A stretch of 64,000 bases of DNA from Candidatus Aminicenantes bacterium (GCA_963702005.1 OY969696.1:192001-256000); one strand, 5' to 3'. Counted from the first letter of the stretch, positions 37,909-47,882 are shown. The notes: generated by a model from the sequence alone, not told the origin. A program made the numbers and translations.

Positions 37909-39891
37909 ATGGGCAACGAACAACCCGGATCGTCTTCGCCGCTGTCGGGGACGGATTCCTCCGCCTCCGAACTCGACTCCCTCATCCGGGATTTCCTCAA
38001 GACTCTCAAAGTCGCCTTCAAAATGGCCGCCATCTATAGGATGGACCATCCCGCCTTCAAGCATACGGTGGTCGACTTGTTGGCCAAGCTGGAAACCCTG
38101 TTCAAGGTCCTCTCTCCCCTGACGATCGGGTTCACGCCCCACGCCCTGTTCATCGACAACCGCTTCTGGGAGGACGACAAGATCATCCTCGAGCTGGCCC
38201 AGCTCTTCCACTTCCGCAAGATTAAAAAGCTCGAATTCCGCCGCGGGATTACGCTCGACGAGCTCTCCAGGTTCGCGGCTAAGATCACCCTCCCGATCAA
38301 AGAGTACATCAAGGCGGGCGGCGTCCGGGCCATCCTCAAGAGCGAACGCGTCGTCCACGTCACGGCCGAAGAGCTCGATTATGCCCAGCTTCTGCGCGGC
38401 GAAGGCGAAGAGATCAAGGACATTTGGCCTTACCTTCTGATGGAGGCGGTTGAGGAGGACGACAGGACCAAGCTCGGCCAGCTGGCCGAGAGCTTCGACA
38501 AGGTCGCCCACAAGTTCAACACCGAGGACCTGATCCAGAACGAGGAGCTTCAGCGCCACTTCTTCAAATTTTTCCGCTACCTCAAAGAGACGGCCACCGA
38601 CAAGTACCGTACCTGCGCCAGGGATTTGCTCAAGTCTCTGCTGGCCGTCCGCAAGGCCCCGCCCGAGACGAAGTTCGAGCAGCTCAAGGTGATGATCTCG
38701 GACTTGAGCGAACAGGACCTGGCTTCCACGCTCTGGGAGGAGATCATCGGAGACGACAAATTCGACTCCCTGAGCTTCAGCGTCTTTTCCAGGATCATTT
38801 CCAAGGAACGGCACATGAAGATCTCCGCCTCCCTGCGGGCGCTCTTCCAGACCGACGACCACGCCAACCGGCGTCCCGAGGTCGAGCGAAAAATCCGGAC
38901 GCTGCTGTCCGGATCCTCCAGCCTGCTGCTGAGCGACGTCTACCGTCAGACGCTGGCCAGCCTTCTGTCCGAAATCGAGTTCGAAAAGAAGATGGAATTC
39001 GACCAGACGCTGCTGGCGCAGAGCTACCGCTTCTTCCATCTCAACCTCCTCGCCCGGGAGACGGCCGCCGAATTCGAAGTCAAGAGCCTGGAGAGGATTC
39101 GAGAAGAGTGGGAGTCCATCGCGCAGGAAGAGAACTTCGATTATCTCCGCCCGCTCTGGGATGTCCTCGAGACCAAGAAGCAACGCCTGGCGGCCGTCCC
39201 CGCTTACGAGTCGCTGAGGACGGATCTCGCCGGGCTCGTCGAAAGCCTGATCCTGCGCGGAGACAGCTCGCCCGCCCTCGACGCTTTCGTCGATGGTCTG
39301 GGCGAAAGCCTGCACGAGCAAGAGACATACCTGGACAAGATCTTCGGCGATAAGATTGCGACGCCCACTCTGCTTCGGGCCTACCTTAGATTTTTTCCGT
39401 CATCCCTGGCCGATTTCAAAACACGCCTGGAGAGAAATAAAGGCTCCAGCCCGCTCCTGGAACGGATCGCCGACAGCCTCAAGAACATCGCGGCGCCCGC
39501 CAGTCTGGACCTCTTGAAAACCCTCTATCTCCTGGGCGAAAAGCGCGTCAAGGTTCGCGCCCTGCAAGCCATGGAAGGACAGAGCGAGGTCGATGAACGA
39601 TTCCTGTTCGCGGCCCTGGACAGGAAGGACGATCAGATCAAGGCGGAAGCCCTGGTCCTGCTGGCGAAACGCGAGCGCTCCCGCCACGTCGCCCTGGCCA
39701 AGCTCCTCTACATCCAATCCCCTTACGGGACGAGGAACAGGGCCTTGATCAAGCATATCCGCATCATAGAAGCCAAAGACCTCCGCGAGGCGAGGCCGTT
39801 CCTGACGTCCCTGGCCCAGCGCAAGGACGTCTGGAACCGCCGCGTCCGGCAGGAGGCTTTCCGCGTATTGGAGGCCTGGGGTGAGGGATAA
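37909..39891 (+). CDS. Large alpha-helical (HEAT-like C-terminus) protein, partner of HD-GYP gene
   Basis: 660 aa with host codon usage; C-terminal VKVRALQAM/IKAEALVLL/VRQEAFRVL repeats; overlaps the next gene. Confidence 0.72.
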   Translation: MGNEQPGSSSPLSGTDSSASELDSLIRDFLKTLKVAFKMAAIYRMDHPAFKHTVVDLLAKLETLFKVLSPLTIGFTPHALFIDNRFWEDDKIILELAQLFHFRKIKKLEFRRGITLDELSRFAAKITLPIKEYIKAGGVRAILKSERVVHVTAEELDYAQLLRGEGEEIKDIWPYLLMEAVEEDDRTKLGQLAESFDKVAHKFNTEDLIQNEELQRHFFKFFRYLKETATDKYRTCARDLLKSLLAVRKAPPETKFEQLKVMISDLSEQDLASTLWEEIIGDDKFDSLSFSVFSRIISKERHMKISASLRALFQTDDHANRRPEVERKIRTLLSGSSSLLLSDVYRQTLASLLSEIEFEKKMEFDQTLLAQSYRFFHLNLLARETAAEFEVKSLERIREEWESIAQEENFDYLRPLWDVLETKKQRLAAVPAYESLRTDLAGLVESLILRGDSSPALDAFVDGLGESLHEQETYLDKIFGDKIATPTLLRAYLRFFPSSLADFKTRLERNKGSSPLLERIADSLKNIAAPASLDLLKTLYLLGEKRVKVRALQAMEGQSEVDERFLFAALDRKDDQIKAEALVLLAKRERSRHVALAKLLYIQSPYGTRNRALIKHIRIIEAKDLREARPFLTSLAQRKDVWNRRVRQEAFRVLEAWGEG

Positions 39892-41236
39892 GGTCAAGTC
39901 CTGTTTCATCTACCTGATGAACACGATCCAAGCCGGCAAGATCTACTCGGAGAACCATCCGAAATTCAAGGAATTCACAGAACGCCTCTTCGCCGTGCTG
40001 GAAGAGATCCTCGAGAGCAGGAAGGAATTGACCCTGGGGATCGTCAAGGGGGAGCTGGCCTGGGAAGACGAGATCTTCTTCAACTTGAGCCAGAAGCTGG
40101 GTCCCCTGATTAGCTTCCTCGAGGAGAGCCGGATCGAACGGATCATTTTCCAACAGGGTCTCCGCTTCGAGGAATTGCACGGATTCGCCGTCTTCCTGGC
40201 TAGGACCCGGCGGCTGGACAAGGTCGATGAGCAGGAATACTTCAACCTACACGGCATCCAGAACATCCGGGCGGGACGGTTGCGGGCCCTGGTCAAGGGC
40301 GAGAGTCCCGAAGGGGCCGTCGACGAGATTCGGATGAAATACGAAAATTCGATCCAATCCGTCTCCCACAGCCTGAACCAGGTCTTGAACGAGGAGGAGA
40401 TCGACTATCTCGACCTGCGCTTCAACGTCCTCAGCCTGATGGAAGACTTCGTGGGACGCCACCAGGACCTCTTGAACCTGGTCTCCGTCAAGGAGAAAGA
40501 CTTGGTGACCTTCGCCCATCTCCTGAATGTGACCCTGCTGTCTATGTTCTTCGCCTCCAAGCTCGAATTCCCCAAGGACGAGGTCCTGGATCTCGGCATC
40601 GCCGCCCTCTATCACGACGTCGGCAAGCTCGGCATCTCCCTGGGCATCCTCAAGAAAAGGACGAAACTCTCCGAACAGGAGTATATCCAGATCCGAGACC
40701 ATCCGGTGCTGGGCGCCAAGATCCTCGACGACTACAAAGACACGCTGGGCATCCTGCCCGTTATCGTCGCTTACGAACACCATATCCGCTACGACATGAC
40801 CGGCTACCCGAAACTGGCCTATCCGAGGAAGCCCCATCCGGCCTCGATGATGGTCTCGATCTGCGACGTCTACGACGCCCTCGCCCTCAAGCGCTCCTAC
40901 AAGAAGGATTATCCGCCCGATAAGATCTATGAGGTCATGAACCTGGAGAAGGGCAAGATGTTCGACCCCGCGCTCCTCGACAAGTTCTTCCGGTTCATGG
41001 GGATCTGGCCGGTCGGGACGATCGTCGCTCTCAGCGATAGCCGCGTCGCCGTCGTCCGGGAAGTCCACGAAGCCGACCTGCGCGGCCCGACCGTGGAGGT
41101 CATCGATTCCGGGGAGCACAGGGAGACGATCGATTTGTCCAAGACCAAGGAACTTCGCATCACGGAAGCCTTAAACCCTCACGGCAAGGGCAAAAAATAC
41201 CTCTCCCTGATCCAAGGATCCTCCCCGCTCGCCTGA
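39881..41236 (+). CDS. HD-GYP domain phosphodiesterase
   Basis: HLLNV, LYHDVGK, HPVLGA, EHHIRYDMTGYP, ICDVYDAL, RSYKK, GIWPVGT. Confidence 0.9.
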   Translation: MRDKVKSCFIYLMNTIQAGKIYSENHPKFKEFTERLFAVLEEILESRKELTLGIVKGELAWEDEIFFNLSQKLGPLISFLEESRIERIIFQQGLRFEELHGFAVFLARTRRLDKVDEQEYFNLHGIQNIRAGRLRALVKGESPEGAVDEIRMKYENSIQSVSHSLNQVLNEEEIDYLDLRFNVLSLMEDFVGRHQDLLNLVSVKEKDLVTFAHLLNVTLLSMFFASKLEFPKDEVLDLGIAALYHDVGKLGISLGILKKRTKLSEQEYIQIRDHPVLGAKILDDYKDTLGILPVIVAYEHHIRYDMTGYPKLAYPRKPHPASMMVSICDVYDALALKRSYKKDYPPDKIYEVMNLEKGKMFDPALLDKFFRFMGIWPVGTIVALSDSRVAVVREVHEADLRGPTVEVIDSGEHRETIDLSKTKELRITEALNPHGKGKKYLSLIQGSSPLA

Positions 41237-41267
41237 TCCCGGAGCGGAGTCCCGCCCGGCCGGACCT

Positions 41268-41457
41268 TCAGAACTCGAACTCGACGCCCAGGACGGGCAG
41301 CAGACCCCAGCCCAGGATTTTTCCCGGCTTCCGTCCGATCGCATTCCAGGTGACGGCCGCCACGTTCTTCCGGTTGAGGACGTTCCACAGACTGAGGGTG
41401 AGCGTCAAATTGGAGCCCCGGAAGTTGAAGCGGCGGTCGCAGCGGATGTTGAGGGAA
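41268..41457 (-). pseudogene. C-terminal remnant of a TonB-dependent receptor
   Basis: SLNIRCDRRFNFRGSNLTLTLSLWNVLNRKNV...GWGLLPVLGVEFEF*: final beta strands with terminal Phe; no 5' part. Confidence 0.7.
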
Positions 41458-41619
41458 GCGGAGAGCGCCGTCAGACTGAAGACCGTCCACATCGTTTCGG
41501 CGATCATTCTGCCGGCGTTGATGCCCCGCGCCTTCCGCCCGCTGGCCGGGAAGGGCTTCGACGACGCTGAAACGCGCCGCTATTACGTCAAGGCCGTCGT
41601 TGAAACCTGCCTCAAGTAA
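41458..41619 (+). pseudogene. C-terminal remnant of a gene (possibly a TetR C-terminal domain)
   Basis: GC3-rich frame AESAVRLKTVHIVSAIILPALMPRAFRPLAGKGFDDAETRRYYVKAVVETCLK*; no start of its own. Confidence 0.45.
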
Positions 41620-41651
41620 GGGGGACTCTGCCGGCCGCTCCCCGGCCTGTT

Positions 41652-41909
41652 TCAGTCGGGCTGGACCTTGAAGACGAGGTCATGCTCGTGGACGGGAGAG
41701 ACGACTTTAATGCCCACCGAATCACCCGCCTTGGCGCCGGCGACGGACTTATGCTCGCTTTGCATGGACTCCACGACCTGGAAGAAGTCCGAGGTATGGC
41801 CCTTGATATGGATTTTATCGCCGACCTTGAGCTCGCCCTTGACGACCTCGATGATCCCGACGCTGATCTTGGCAAAGAAATGGCTGATTTTCCCGATCTG
41901 TTCCTCCAT
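41652..41909 (-). CDS. Small beta-barrel protein (translation-factor domain II / U32 C-terminal-like)
   Basis: RBS aaggagg; IGKISHFFAKISVG...LKVGDKIHIKG..DF.Q.VESMQ..AKAGDSVGIKV. Confidence 0.82.
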   Translation of the reverse strand: MEEQIGKISHFFAKISVGIIEVVKGELKVGDKIHIKGHTSDFFQVVESMQSEHKSVAGAKAGDSVGIKVVSPVHEHDLVFKVQPD

Positions 41910-41972
41910 GGGCCCTCCTTTGATAATAAAATAGCAATCTTTTCGAGCCTTGGCAAAGTCTTTTTTTAGCGA

Positions 41973-43736
41973 TCAGCCGCCGCGCGTCCGCCACTTGCCG
42001 AACTTGACCAGGCGAAGGAGGAACGCGTCCGAGCCCCGAATGTCCTCCCATTTGAGAACATTATCAATTATCAATATCTTCCTCTCAGGGCTCTCGCTGC
42101 CCGAGAGGATGACCCGAATTTTTTTAAAGGCCGCGTTGTCGTGTGAGGGGCGGATTTCCATCCAAGCCCGCACGGCCAGATCGTAACGCTTGAAATCCCA
42201 ATAATAACATCCGAGGGCGAACAGTCCCCGGTCCCTGGCTTCGCCGCCCTGTCCGATCAGATACCGATAAATCCGCTCTTGCTCCCGCCGGTAGGCGCTC
42301 AGGACTTCGGCCGGTTCGGCGTATCCTTTTTTCTTCATCTCGGCCAGGACCTTGCGGCCGATGTCCCTGACGACCTGGCTCTTCCTCTCTTTCTCGAAGA
42401 GCTCGGCCGTTCTGCTGCGGCCGGCGAGAAAGGCCTCGGCTTCGGCTTGAGCCGCGAAAAGCCGCTCAAGGGCGCGCCGCTCGAAATCGTACTGAGAGGC
42501 GAAATAGAAAAGGCATTCCGTCCCGGTTTTTGTCTCCCGAAATCTGTTCCAAAGGTCCGCGATCCGGAAGGCGAGGGCTTTATTGAAGTAGAGCTCTTCG
42601 AGGCAGTCGAACCCGGCCGCAAGATCCGTGAGGTCGAAAATGACGGAGTTGAGGTTGTTCTGGAAGAAGGCGCCGACCAGAGCCGCCGTCTCGGAAGCGT
42701 CCGGGTCCGCGGTGTCCAGGCGGTCCCGGACGAAGCCGGTCACCTGCTCGTTTTCGGCCAACGGCATAAGTTTGTCCAGGATCGCGGCGAAATCTCCGTT
42801 CGAAGGTTTCCTTCCGTTCCGCGACCCGGAAACCGTCCCTTTTCCGGCTTCGACCTGAGCGGAGGCTCGGCCCGATGTCGGACGGCGCACGAGAAGGACC
42901 CGGATGAGACCCGACTCGGAAATCGCCGCCGGCGCGGCAGCGATCCCGGCATCCTTGCCGATCCCCGCGTCGACGCCGGGCGCAGTCGATCCCCTAAGGT
43001 CCAGCGGAAAACCCGCCGAGAAAAAGAAAAGGCCCGCTCCCCAAGATAGGATCTTTTCATAGGGGCACGTCCTGAAAAAATATTCGGACGGGACGATGGC
43101 ATCTCCCTTGGGAGTTTGGACCCGGACAAGACTCCCATCGGCAAGGTATCCTTTCTCGGTTTTTCGGACTTCCGCGAGCCGGGCGGCCTCTTCCATCGCG
43201 GCCAGGTCTTTTTTGGGAAGAACGCTGATGGTCAGGCTCGAAGGTTCCTGGTCCACGGCCGAGACAAACGCATGGGATCCGTCGGGAAGGACGAGCTTGG
43301 GATTCTCCCGTAGAAGATCGGCCAAACTCTTGCCCCGTGCGGCTAGGGAAGCCTTCAGGATCGCCTTGAAAACCTCGGTTTTCATCCCGTCCACGAACCC
43401 GGTCCCCGCGATCTTGACCTTGCCGAGGTCGTTCAGGAGCCCGCTTCGCCCCGCCTCGGCAAGAAAGGCCTCCATCTCCGGGTCCGCGGGATTCTCCCCC
43501 GCCATTTCCTCGACGGCCCGCCGGAGTGAAACTTGCTCTGTCTCGGGAGGTTTTTTCCCGAGATTGACAGGCACTAGGATCAGGGCCAGACCGAGACAAG
43601 CATGGATGACGATGGAAACGACAAGGGCCGTCGAAAAAGAATTCGTGCGCGCTCGGTAGCGTTGCCGGACCGACGCGAGGAGTGCGGGCTTCGGAGGCGA
43701 AAGGAAGCGGCCGAAGAGCCCCTCATGCTCAGCCAT
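41973..43736 (-). CDS. Membrane-anchored hypothetical protein with TPR-like C-terminus
   Basis: TonB-like anchor SIVIHACL; 587 aa; GLFALGCYYWD..YDLAVRAW. Confidence 0.65.
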   Translation of the reverse strand: MAEHEGLFGRFLSPPKPALLASVRQRYRARTNSFSTALVVSIVIHACLGLALILVPVNLGKKPPETEQVSLRRAVEEMAGENPADPEMEAFLAEAGRSGLLNDLGKVKIAGTGFVDGMKTEVFKAILKASLAARGKSLADLLRENPKLVLPDGSHAFVSAVDQEPSSLTISVLPKKDLAAMEEAARLAEVRKTEKGYLADGSLVRVQTPKGDAIVPSEYFFRTCPYEKILSWGAGLFFFSAGFPLDLRGSTAPGVDAGIGKDAGIAAAPAAISESGLIRVLLVRRPTSGRASAQVEAGKGTVSGSRNGRKPSNGDFAAILDKLMPLAENEQVTGFVRDRLDTADPDASETAALVGAFFQNNLNSVIFDLTDLAAGFDCLEELYFNKALAFRIADLWNRFRETKTGTECLFYFASQYDFERRALERLFAAQAEAEAFLAGRSRTAELFEKERKSQVVRDIGRKVLAEMKKKGYAEPAEVLSAYRREQERIYRYLIGQGGEARDRGLFALGCYYWDFKRYDLAVRAWMEIRPSHDNAAFKKIRVILSGSESPERKILIIDNVLKWEDIRGSDAFLLRLVKFGKWRTRGG

Positions 43737-43801
43737 TAAATACCCCCACTATATTTTAGCACGGGACGCCCCCCAAGATGCAATCCCCGGACACGGGAGG
43801 G

Positions 43802-45382
43802 CTAAGGTTTTAGGCTACGAACGAGGCGCGTCCCGAGAACCGTCTCGCGGGCAGCGACAACCGAGCGGGCCGAGACGAGGTCCAGGATCCCGGCCCGGGA
43901 AAAATCCCCTTTGGCCGAGTCCTTGCGCCCCGTGAAGGGGAAGATGTCGGGACCTCGCTGGCACTTGGCGTTGACGTTGATGCGGGCGACCTGGGTCCGG
44001 GCCGCCTCCAGGATGGGTCCGAAGTTGGAAGGGTCGCTGCCGAACACGCTCAACTGCTGGCCGTAGGGAGAGCGCCGCAGGAAATCGAGCGGCTCCTCGA
44101 CGCGGTCGAAGGGAACGACGGGCAGGACCGGGCCGAATTGCTCCTCGTGGTAAATGCGCATCCGGCCGTCGACGGGATAGAGAAGAGTCGGCCAAAAGAG
44201 CGATCCGGCATGGGCTCCGCCCTTATCGTTGAGGACACGGGCGCCCCGCCGCCGGGCATCCCTGACGAGCCGGTCGAGATAGCCGACCCTTTCGGCGTCG
44301 GCCAGCGGTGTCGTCCGAACCCCTTTCATCCATGGCATGCCGACCCGAACGCGCTCGACGCCTTCTTTCAAGGCCTTTATATAGTCCGCGGCGATCCGCT
44401 CCTGGACGAAAAAGATTTTGAGCGCGGCGCAGCGCTGGCCGTTGAAGGCGAGGGCCCCCAAGAGCGATTCCTTGACCGCGATTTCGATATCGGCGTCCGC
44501 CAGGACGACGGCCGCGTTCTTGGCGCCCAGCCCGAGAATGGCCTGAAGCCTGTTCTTATGGGGATGGAGGCCCATCAAATGATTCGCCGTGCGGCTCGTC
44601 CCGATGAAAGCCAAGACGTCGACCCGGCCGCTCTTCAGGAGCGGCTCGACGACGGTCGGCCCGTCGCCGAAGAGGATGTTGACGGCGCCGGCCGGGAAGC
44701 AGTCGCGCAGGTCCTCGAGGAGAGGCCCGAAGAAAAGGACGCCGAAGCGCGGCGGCTTGATGACGATGGTATTCCCCATGATCAGGGCGGGCCCGGCCAG
44801 GCTCATCGTCTCGAAGAACGGATAATTATAAGGTCCCATGCACAGGGCGACGCCCAGCGGCTCGTCCCGGACGATCCCGACGATGCCCTTGTCCCGCCCG
44901 AGCTTGGCGGAGGACCGCTCGCGGGCGCGGGCGGCTTCCAGAACCTGGCGCAGGAAATCGAGGGTCCGTTCGAACTCGTCCTCGAGCTCGGCATAGGGCT
45001 TGGCGATCTCCCACATCAGGGTCCGGCAGATGTCCTTCTTCTTCGGGGCGACTCGGCCCAGAAACTTTTCGAAGGCGGCCGCGCGCCGGCCGATCGAAAG
45101 CGAAGGCCACTCTCCGCTCCCCTGGCCGAACGCCCGCCCGGCCGCGTCGAGGATCCTCAGGGATTCCCGGGCCGTCAGGGCCGGATACGATCCGAGGCTT
45201 AGCCGCTTAAGGCGACCCCCCTTGCGGACGCTGATCGGCGAAAGGACGGGAAGCGACGCGCCCCGCCAGGTTCGGATATCGCCGTCGATGAGATACGCCC
45301 TGAGCCGCTGGGGTCCGTGCCTCCGGAAGGCGGCCGGAATTTCGGATTCCTCGGGAAAGACGCCCTCCAGCGCACGGTCCAT
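43802..45382 (-). CDS. Aldehyde dehydrogenase family (GAPN-like) protein
   Basis: GPYNYP, IKPP, FIGTS, FNGQRCAA, EEQFGPV, FPFTGRKDS. Confidence 0.88.
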   Translation of the reverse strand: MDRALEGVFPEESEIPAAFRRHGPQRLRAYLIDGDIRTWRGASLPVLSPISVRKGGRLKRLSLGSYPALTARESLRILDAAGRAFGQGSGEWPSLSIGRRAAAFEKFLGRVAPKKKDICRTLMWEIAKPYAELEDEFERTLDFLRQVLEAARARERSSAKLGRDKGIVGIVRDEPLGVALCMGPYNYPFFETMSLAGPALIMGNTIVIKPPRFGVLFFGPLLEDLRDCFPAGAVNILFGDGPTVVEPLLKSGRVDVLAFIGTSRTANHLMGLHPHKNRLQAILGLGAKNAAVVLADADIEIAVKESLLGALAFNGQRCAALKIFFVQERIAADYIKALKEGVERVRVGMPWMKGVRTTPLADAERVGYLDRLVRDARRRGARVLNDKGGAHAGSLFWPTLLYPVDGRMRIYHEEQFGPVLPVVPFDRVEEPLDFLRRSPYGQQLSVFGSDPSNFGPILEAARTQVARINVNAKCQRGPDIFPFTGRKDSAKGDFSRAGILDLVSARSVVAARETVLGTRLVRSLKP

Positions 45383-45385
45383 GGT

Positions 45386-46942
45386 CTACCTCTTCAGGAA
45401 CCGCCGCAGATACGTTTTAGCCTCGCCCAGGCCGAGAAGGAGGCATAGGGCATAGAACAGGACAAGGGCGGCACCACCGCAGACGATGACCGAGGCCAGC
45501 ACGGCCCAGAAGGACGCGCCGGCGAAGCGGGCGAAGAGACCGTTGAGGGCCCAGGCGGCCGCCCCGGACAAAACGGAGGCCGTGGTCAGAATCAGACAAT
45601 AACGGCCCAGCGGACCGAGTTCGAACTCCCCGATCTTCTTCGGAAGAATCGCGAAAAGGATCCAGACATTAAGGACCGCCGCCAGGCTCGTGGACAGGGG
45701 GAAAATCATGAATCCCAAGACCCCCATCAGCGAGACATTGAGGAGGATGGTCAGGGCGACCGAAGCCAGGCTGGCGATCATCGGCGTCTTGGCGTCTTTG
45801 TAGGCGTAAAAAACGGCGGCGACATTCCGCAAGCCGGACATGAAGGGGATGCCCAGAGTATAGAGGACGAGGGCCCCGGCCACAGCGATCGTGTCCGCCG
45901 CCGTGAAGTGGCCCCGCTGATAGACGACCCGGGTGATGGGGCGCGCCAGGAAAGCGATCAGAGCCGAGGTCGGCACGGTCAGGAACAGGACCATCTTGAG
46001 CGAGTCGGTGAGGGTCGAGCGGACGGCAACGACATCGTTATTCAGGACAAGCCTGGAAAATGACGGGAGGGCGACCGTCCCGACGGCGATCCCGAACAAT
46101 CCCAGCGGCAGATGCATGATCCGGAAGGCGTAGGTCAGCCAGCTGACGCTCCCCTGCTTGAGGGGCGTCACCAGGATCGTGTTGACGAGGACGTTGATCC
46201 GCGGCCCAGCCAGCCCGATAGCGACCGGAATGAACAGGGCCATGACGCGCCGAAACTGGGGATCACGAAAACTCAGGAAGGGGCTGTATCGGAAGCCTTT
46301 CTTACGGACGAGCGGCATCTGAATCAAGAACTGCATCAGGCCGCCGACAAGGACGCCCACGGCCATGCCGAATATGGGCTGTTTGCCGCGGGCGACGTAC
46401 CAGCCGTAGGTCAGGACCGGGACCAGGATCGAGAACAGGTTGAACATGGCCGGCGCCACCGACGGAACAAAGAAGGATTTTTCGGTATTGAGGTAGCTCA
46501 TGGCCCAGGCGCCCAGGCTGACGAAGAGGAGAAAAGGGAAGAGGACGGCCGTCAACTGGGCCGTCAGGTCGATCTTCCCCGGGACCTTTCCGAATCCAAA
46601 GGCGATTCCTTTAGCCAGGGCGGGCGCCAGAAAAAGCCCGGCCAGCGAAACGGCGCCGGTCACTAGGAATAGAACGTTGAAGATGTTGGAAGCCAGCCTG
46701 TTTTGGGCGTCCTTGCTTTTAGCTTTTTCGGCCGTCAGGACGGGGACAAAAGCAGCGGATAGGGCCGTCTCGGCGAATAGGTCGCGGAGGAGGTTGGGAA
46801 TCCGGAAGGCGACGTTGAAAGCGTCCCAGGCGGCCCCGGCACCGAAAAGGTGGGCGCCGACGGACTCGCGGATGAGTCCCGCGACCCGGCTCAGCGCCGT
46901 GCCGATCGAGAACGAGCGAACGCCTTTCGCGATGTCTTCCAT
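45386..46942 (-). CDS. murJ: Lipid II flippase MurJ
   Basis: LSRVAGLIRE, DAFNVAFRIPNLLRDLFAE, SWLTYAFRIMHLPLGLFG, FYAYKDAKTP. Confidence 0.95.
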   Translation of the reverse strand: MEDIAKGVRSFSIGTALSRVAGLIRESVGAHLFGAGAAWDAFNVAFRIPNLLRDLFAETALSAAFVPVLTAEKAKSKDAQNRLASNIFNVLFLVTGAVSLAGLFLAPALAKGIAFGFGKVPGKIDLTAQLTAVLFPFLLFVSLGAWAMSYLNTEKSFFVPSVAPAMFNLFSILVPVLTYGWYVARGKQPIFGMAVGVLVGGLMQFLIQMPLVRKKGFRYSPFLSFRDPQFRRVMALFIPVAIGLAGPRINVLVNTILVTPLKQGSVSWLTYAFRIMHLPLGLFGIAVGTVALPSFSRLVLNNDVVAVRSTLTDSLKMVLFLTVPTSALIAFLARPITRVVYQRGHFTAADTIAVAGALVLYTLGIPFMSGLRNVAAVFYAYKDAKTPMIASLASVALTILLNVSLMGVLGFMIFPLSTSLAAVLNVWILFAILPKKIGEFELGPLGRYCLILTTASVLSGAAAWALNGLFARFAGASFWAVLASVIVCGGAALVLFYALCLLLGLGEAKTYLRRFLKR

Positions 46943-46961
46943 TTCGGCCTTTATGGATGGG

Positions 46962-46991
46962 ATTATAGGGGGGGAATAAGCCAGGGGTCAA
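46962..46991 (-). promoter_or_regulatory. sigma70 promoter of murJ
   Basis: TTGACC-N18-TATAAT on the minus strand. Confidence 0.6.
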
Positions 46992-47145
46992 TTCTTTACT
47001 TTTCATAGCGGCGGCCCGAAAGCCTCGCCCGGTCTCCGCTTACCGCTCTCGAGCCGCGAAAACTAGAAAGGGGAACGCCCGAACCTGAATTCATTCGCAG
47101 ACCCATGGCCAAACGTTTCCCCCCTCAGCCAAAAGGACAGGCAGG

Positions 47146-47180
47146 TTGTCTTGACAATCACATATTTATGTGTTACACAT
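47146..47180 (+). promoter_or_regulatory. Toxin-antitoxin promoter with overlapping operator palindromes
   Basis: TTGACA at 47151; CACATA-tt-TATGTG (47159-47172) and ATGTGT-t-ACACAT (47168-47180). Confidence 0.55.
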
Positions 47181-47188
47181 TATTATTA

Positions 47189-47449
47189 ATGAATACGCGT
47201 AAGCTGGAAATGCGGAACCTGACCTTGTCGCTTCCCTATGCCCTGGTTCGCAAGGCCAAGGAGCTGGCAGTCCGGGAGGATCGCTCTCTCAACGACTACG
47301 TCCGGGCGGCCATCGAGGAAAAGAACGAACGCTCGTCGGGGTACCTTAAGGCCCGCGAACGCCAGCTCGCCCGCCTCGAGAAAGGATTGGACCTCGGGAC
47401 CGGAGGCGGGAAACCGGCGCCGCGAGACAATCTCCATGAGCGGGACTAA
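47189..47449 (+). CDS. Ribbon-helix-helix antitoxin (VapB-like)
   Basis: RNLTLSLP..LVRKAKELAVREDRSLNDYVRAAIEE; ends RDNLHERD; overlaps the PIN gene. Start 47189 or 47210. Confidence 0.82.
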   Translation: MNTRKLEMRNLTLSLPYALVRKAKELAVREDRSLNDYVRAAIEEKNERSSGYLKARERQLARLEKGLDLGTGGGKPAPRDNLHERD

Positions 47450-47870
47450 GACTTTTATCGATACAAACATCCTCGTCTACGCCTACGACGTCAGCGCGGG
47501 CGAAAAACACGAGGCCGCCCGACGAGTCCTCATTGACCTTTGGCGGTCCGGGACGGGAGTCATCAGCGTCCAGATTCTCCAGGAACTCTACGTCACCCTG
47601 ACCCGAAAGATCCCCCGCCCCCTGCCGCCCGCCCGCGCCCTGGAAATCGTCGAGGACATGGCGGCTTGGGACATCGTCGTCAACGACGCCTCCTCCGTCC
47701 TTGGCGCCATCCGGCTCGAAAGCCGCGCGAAGCTATCTTTCTGGGACGCGCTTGTCGTCATAGCGGCGATCCGGGGCGGCGCCGAAATCCTCCTCTCCGA
47801 AGACCTGCCTGACGGCCGGATTTTCGAGGGCGTAAGAATCGAGAATCCTTTCTTAAAAGGCGGCAAATAG
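47436..47870 (+). CDS. PIN domain toxin (VapC-like)
   Basis: FIDTNILVY, QILQE, LSFWDALV, LLSEDL, IENPF. Confidence 0.92.
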   Translation: MSGTKTFIDTNILVYAYDVSAGEKHEAARRVLIDLWRSGTGVISVQILQELYVTLTRKIPRPLPPARALEIVEDMAAWDIVVNDASSVLGAIRLESRAKLSFWDALVVIAAIRGGAEILLSEDLPDGRIFEGVRIENPFLKGGK

Positions 47871-47882
47871 CCCGGCCGCCGG

